DNA of 26,519 bases, taken from Chiloscyllium plagiosum (lineage: Eukaryota). The notes under the pieces were generated by a model. It had not been told where the DNA came from. It saw nothing but the letters and a program-made list of their open reading frames with translations, and searched no databases. The DNA is taken from positions 76,064,208 through 76,090,726 of the forward strand of contig NC_057711.1 of the NCBI RefSeq assembly GCF_004010195.1, in the 5' to 3' direction. Shown here one piece after another: positions 21,988 to 26,519 of this stretch (the first letter of the stretch is position 1; every line of letters starts with the position of its first letter). Position numbers and translations under genes: made by a program.

Positions 21988-23080
21988 TCATAGAGTCATA
22001 GAGTCATACAGTATAGAAACAGGCCCTTCCGTCCAAACAGTCCATGACAACCATAATCCCAAACTAAACTAGTCCTACCCACTTGGTCCTACACTTGGTC
22101 CATATCCTTCTAAGCCTTTCTTATTCAAGTACTTATCAAATGTCTTTTACTGTCTTTTAGCCAGGCTGCTGCAGAGGGAGAGACAGGGGACCAATCAGAG
22201 ACATGGTCCTGAAAATGAAATGTTATCCTGGAGGCTGCCGAGAGGTACCAGTCACTCACGGGGGCTAGGAATGCTCAAAAACTGTTGACCCTCTTGGAAT
22301 CCAGCTTGTAAACTGAGAATGACTGGAGTCTAGGTGCTCTTGTACCAACCATATTCTTCAGAAAAAAATAAGAAAGATGAGGTAATGCAGAACTCTTATT
22401 TGGTCGAGTGGCAATGAGGTAATGTTATCTAGCTCCTTGATCCAGAGCCAATAAGATTAAAGACTTGCGATAAGCAGATGAGCCTGGGCCAACGGTGAAA
22501 AGACACCACAACTAGAGAAAGATAAGGAGAGAGGATGAAAGAAGACCCTCAAGGCATACAGGCAGTGACAACACTGGAGACTCACCATCACAGAAGTAAG
22601 ATGTTACGTCAGGGACATGAAGAGAGAGAAAACAGGTTGTGGCCAACATCAGCCATCCTCAGCAGCAACAAAATAGTTAACCAGATCCAGTTTTATATTT
22701 TGTGTTCTATGACTACTCAAGGAGTATCAGGGGACTTGAGTGGGTGTATAAATAGGTTTTTAATTCTGTTTGTGGGAAAATATATAAGCTCTAGTTTGGA
22801 AGAGAATATATAAGAGGTAAGTGTATGTTAATAAAGTAACTTGTAAATTCTTCTCCTCTCTGCACACACCAGCAGCTGCAGCCGGTAATTGCTGGACTCA
22901 GACAGCAGCTGGTGGTTGCTGGACTCATGCAGACATCAACAGGCACAACTGTACCCGCATCCACGTCCTCCTCTGGAAGTTCATTCCAAAGATGAACCGT
23001 GCTCTGCGTTAAAAAAAAATTGCCCCTCATGTCTTTTTCAAAATTTTCTCCTTTCACTTTAAAATCTGCCCCTTTAAGTT
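21988..23080 (-). mobile_element. CR1 3' fragment split by an ~800-bp insertion
   Basis: Tail (TCATAGAG)n at 21988-22011 and 3' UTR to ~22149. ORF2 C-terminus KGENFEKDMRGNFF.TQSTVHLWNELPEEDVDAGTV at 22947-23057. Confidence 0.9.
22151..22946 (+). mobile_element. LTR-like insertion in the CR1 3' fragment
   Basis: Begins TGT and has candidate CA ends (22935, 22941, 22947). CCAAT at ~22191, TATATAAG at 22781 and 22807, AATAAA at 22830-22835, and a tandem CAGCAGCTG..TTGCTGGACTCA pair near the end. No clean TSD. Confidence 0.5.
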
Positions 23081-23224
23081 GCTGACTTGGAAGATGCGCT
23101 CACAATATTTTGACTCGAGTTTTTATTCCAGTTTCTTCTCATCAGATGTCAATAATGTTCGTGGAAGTGGTTTCTTTGGGCTTGCACTGTCAAGTTGAAA
23201 TCTGCACTGCTGTTCACCACATTG

Positions 23225-23780
23225 TTAAAACTGTATCTCATGCATTGTGTATAGTTTAGAGTATTATGTACTGTTTTGGTCGCATTACCGAAAGAAGGAT
23301 ATACTTAGCATAGATGGAGTGCAATAAATGCTCACAAGATGGATCCCTGCGATGGTGGAATATTCCTACGAGGAGAGATTGAGGAGACTGTGATGAGAAA
23401 AATGAGAGATCATATCATTCAAACATGCAAAATTCATATGGGGTCGACAGGATAGATAGTTCCCTAGTCTGTGGGACCTAGAACCACTTGACACAGTGTC
23501 AGAATAAGAAGCAGGCTATTTTTGGACAGAGATGAGGAGGAACTTCTTCACTCAGATGGTGAAACATGAGAATCCTCTACCCCAGAGGGCTGAGTAAGTT
23601 CAGATATTAAATGCATTCAAGGCAGAAACTGAAAGCTTTCAATATATTCATGCAGTGATATGATAGTGTTGGAAAATGGCATTGAGGTAAAAGATCAATA
23701 ATGATATTATTGAATTTCATAGCAGATTTGAAGAGCTAAAAGGTCTACTTCTGTTCCTATTTCCTATCATGCTTGTATGT
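23225..23780 (+). mobile_element. Old CR1 3' fragment
   Basis: LEYYVLFWSHYRKKDI, SYEERLRRL, TEMRRNFFTQ, FKAE, and the 3' UTR CTACTTCTGTTCCTATTTCCTAT. Confidence 0.85.
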
Positions 23781-24129
23781 ACCTATTTTCTTAAGTGATG
23801 GAAGTGATTTTGCTGAAAAAAATTCTCTCCCGAGCCTGGGCTCTCAGCACAAACAGCAATGATGAACTCATCTAATTTTCTGAAGCACAATGGTAATGGG
23901 TCATACTCGATGGAAAATAGAACATGCAATAGCAAGGATTTGGTTGAGTAAGATAGTAAATATGAGTTTGGAGGCTAAGATTATCAAGATTTCAAACAAC
24001 CTACTTCAGTAGTCTGACAAAGTGATGGCATCAAATACAAACATTGAAGTTTGTGGTTAAATCTGAAGACAGTTGATCTTCAAAGTGTTTAGTTGGAGGA
24101 AATTGCTACTCATCCAGGATTGGCTATTG

Positions 24130-24915
24130 GACAAATGCAGCCACATCTGGAAAACGTCTAGGATTGGATTAATAAGTAACAAATAACATTAATGCCACAC
24201 AAATGGCAGGAATGACCATCTCTGAAAAGGGAGAATCTGACCATTGCCCCTTGATGTTCTGTGGCTTTATCATCGCTGAATTCCCAATATGAATATTTCA
24301 TGGTTATTATTAACCAGACACCAAACTGGACTTGCCACAGGACTGTACCAGTAAAAGCACATCAGAGACTGGCAATTCTGCAGCAATTAAATTACCTCCA
24401 TGGATCTTCAAAACCTGTCTAACACTGACAAGACTCATGTCAGGAGTGTAATGGAACACTCCCCACTTGCCTGGATGAGTGCAGCATGCACAGCATTCAA
24501 GCAACTAAACACCACCCAGGACAAAGCAATCTGTTGTTGACACTCCCTTTAATACCTTCAAACTCACACCCTTCCCCACTAATGCACAGTGGCAGCAGTG
24601 TGTATAACATCTGTAAGATACACTCCATCACCTCACCAAGGCTTCTTCAGCAGTGTCTTCCAAACCTGTAATCTCTATGACCCCAAAGGACAGGTGGAGT
24701 AAATATATGGAATGCCATCACCTGCAAATCGCACTGCAAGCCACACATAAACCTGACTTCACTGATGCTAGGTCAAAATCCTGGAACTCCTCCCTTGACA
24801 CCACATGGACTACAACAGTTCAAGTAGTTAGCTCATCACCACAGTCTCAAAGTAGGAACGAGCAATAACTGCTGGCCTGGTCAGTGACACCCACATTCTC
24901 TGAATGACTTTTATT
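24130..24915 (+). mobile_element. Old CR1/L2-group LINE 3' fragment of a different subfamily
   Basis: RT C-terminal motifs KAHQRLAIL, KTHVRSVMEHSPLAWMSAA, YNICKIH, PRLLQQCLP, SKSWNS. 3' end GCAATAACTGCTGGCCTGGTCAGTGACACCCACAT. Confidence 0.75.
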
Positions 24916-26146
24916 TAATATGGCAATAAAGATGTTGTGGAAGAGTAGAGAGGTCATGGTAAGGTTTAGCTGGGTGATGTCAGTGTACAAGTAAAGCCTG
25001 ACATCATATTTTTGGATGATGTCTCCAAGAAACAGGATGCAGATGATAAATATGTTTTAAGTTGGGAAGGAATTCAATTCTGGTCTATGTAAAACACAGG
25101 GAAAATAGCTTCACAACTAAATTTAGACTTTGGCAAGTCCTCAAATCTTCAGGAAACTGCTACTAACCCAGACAATGGTAGGTTTGTACATCCTAATTGA
25201 ATGTAATTGGAAATATCCAGGAGCTTTAGGGAGGGTGCAGTTTCTAAACTATTTTGGAAGCAAATAATGTGTAATTATCATTCATGTGTTTTATTAAGCA
25301 GATTCTTGTGGCTGGAGTTACAGTCCCTGACAATGCTGGGATCAGAAGTGGGGCAGATCCTGAAATCAACTCCATTGGGCATTGGGCCCATTCTCTGGCT
25401 CTACCCTACCAATGCAAAAGTTATTTATTATTACTTCTAGGTTGTACCTCAGAGCTGCCAAATCTCAAAGACCTGTACCTAATAAGAATGAGCATAGAAC
25501 ACTAAACATACGTGCAGCTTTTACATGGATTATATGAAATAATTTATAATCAGTGCCTCACACTGAAATTCAGCCTGCCTCTGCACTCATTATCTACTAC
25601 TCTTCAATAATTGTATTCCAGTTGGCCTACGGCCTTCCCACTCCCAGAAAATCTTGAATGGAATCCCAGAGGCAGTGAGATTAACAACAGGAAGGTCACT
25701 TAGTTTAGGGAGGGTGGATGGTATATCCAAATGCCACCGTCTTCCCACTTCCTCCAGAATTATGTTCTATGGGGGAAGGCCCATATTGATTTTCCCACCC
25801 TTCCAGCATCTAAGGTCCTTTAATGGCCAATGAAGGGCTGGTTAAGGGTTCTCGACCTGCCACCACTGGGTTTAGCCTCACATTCAGCACATGTAGCAGC
25901 TGCTCACATGCAGCAGCCTCTTACCTTGCGGGGGTAGGGGGAGGCGGGAGTGAAAATCCTCGATCAAATGCACTCAGTACCTGATCAGAGGTCTGGACGT
26001 TGGGCCGGGAGGAGGTGGTTTGCTGGTGGTTGACCCTGTTTCTGACTTGGTAAAAACAATGAATGCAGATGCTGGAAAACAGATTCTGGATTAGTGGTGC
26101 TGGAAGAGCACAGAAGCTCAGGCAGCATCCAAGGAGCAATAAAATC

Positions 26147-26178
26147 GATGTTTCAGGCAAAAGCCCTTCATCAGGAAT
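26147..26178 (-). ncRNA. Minimal hammerhead ribozyme motif (CpG-decayed stem III)
   Basis: Minus strand ATTC-CTGATGA-A-GGGC-TTTT-GCCT-GAAA-CATC. Confidence 0.55.
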
Positions 26179-26381
26179 AAAGGCAGAGAGCCTGAAGGGT
26201 GGAGAGATATGCTAGAGGAGAGTGGGGGTGGGGAGAAAGTAGCATAGATTACAATGGGTGAGTGGGGGAGGGGATGAAGGTGATAGGTCAGGGAGGACAG
26301 GGTGGAATGGATAGGTGGAGATAGGCAGGTAGGACAAGTCCGGACAAGTCATGGGGACAGTGCTGAGCTGGAAGTTTGGAA

Positions 26382-26519
26382 CTAGGGTGAGGTGGGGGAA
26401 GGGGAAATGAAAAAACTGTTGAAGTCCACATTGAGGCCCTGGAGTCGAAGTGTTCCGAGGCGGAAGATGAGGCGTTCTTCCTCCAGGCGTCTGGTGGTGA
26501 GGGAGCGGCGGTGAAGGAG
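26382..26519 (-). CDS. C-terminus of PLE ORF (GIY-YIG endonuclease domain), partial
   Basis: LLHRRSLTTRRLEEERLIFRLGTLRLQGLNVDFNSFFISPSPTSP* contains the conserved Glu helix and the GLN motif. Absent from the ORF track because it is short and has no start codon in the window. Confidence 0.8.
   Translation of the reverse strand, partial: LLHRRSLTTRRLEEERLIFRLGTLRLQGLNVDFNSFFISPSPTSP

Larger units (their letters stand above)
26049..26519 (-). mobile_element. Penelope-like retroelement 3' end (GIY-YIG C-terminus, pyrimidine-rich 3' UTR, pLTR with hammerhead motif); continues beyond the window
   Basis: ORF end followed by a C/T-rich UTR and the same terminal sequence as 450-579, ending GTTTTTACC. 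Confidence 0.88.

Noticed and set aside
25640..25980. Possible non-autonomous DNA transposon with a degenerate palindrome at ~25811-25853
   Set aside because: Too decayed. No TIRs or TSD could be defined.

Overview
Repeat-dominated, apparently non-genic vertebrate DNA, most likely from a cartilaginous fish (shark). That assignment is inferred from the mix of CR1 LINEs with an SGNH-esterase ORF1, an HE1/V-SINE-type tRNA SINE and Penelope-like element (PLE) ends. I found no host protein-coding exon, rRNA, true tRNA or CRISPR array. The window holds about eight CR1-clade LINE copies or fragments (one near full length at ~5958-9690, minus strand), decayed PIF/Harbinger transposase and Myb/SANT relics, two or three solo LTRs, a Tigger-like MITE, SINEs and two N-gaps. 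The most notable signal is three related PLE 3' ends carrying a minimal hammerhead-ribozyme motif. One is attached to a GIY-YIG ORF end, one forms a TSD-flanked inverted repeat, and one is nested in a solo LTR inside a CR1. Both short copies begin at the same ATTCCTG immediately upstream of the ribozyme core. Family assignments come from motif recognition by eye, not database searches.
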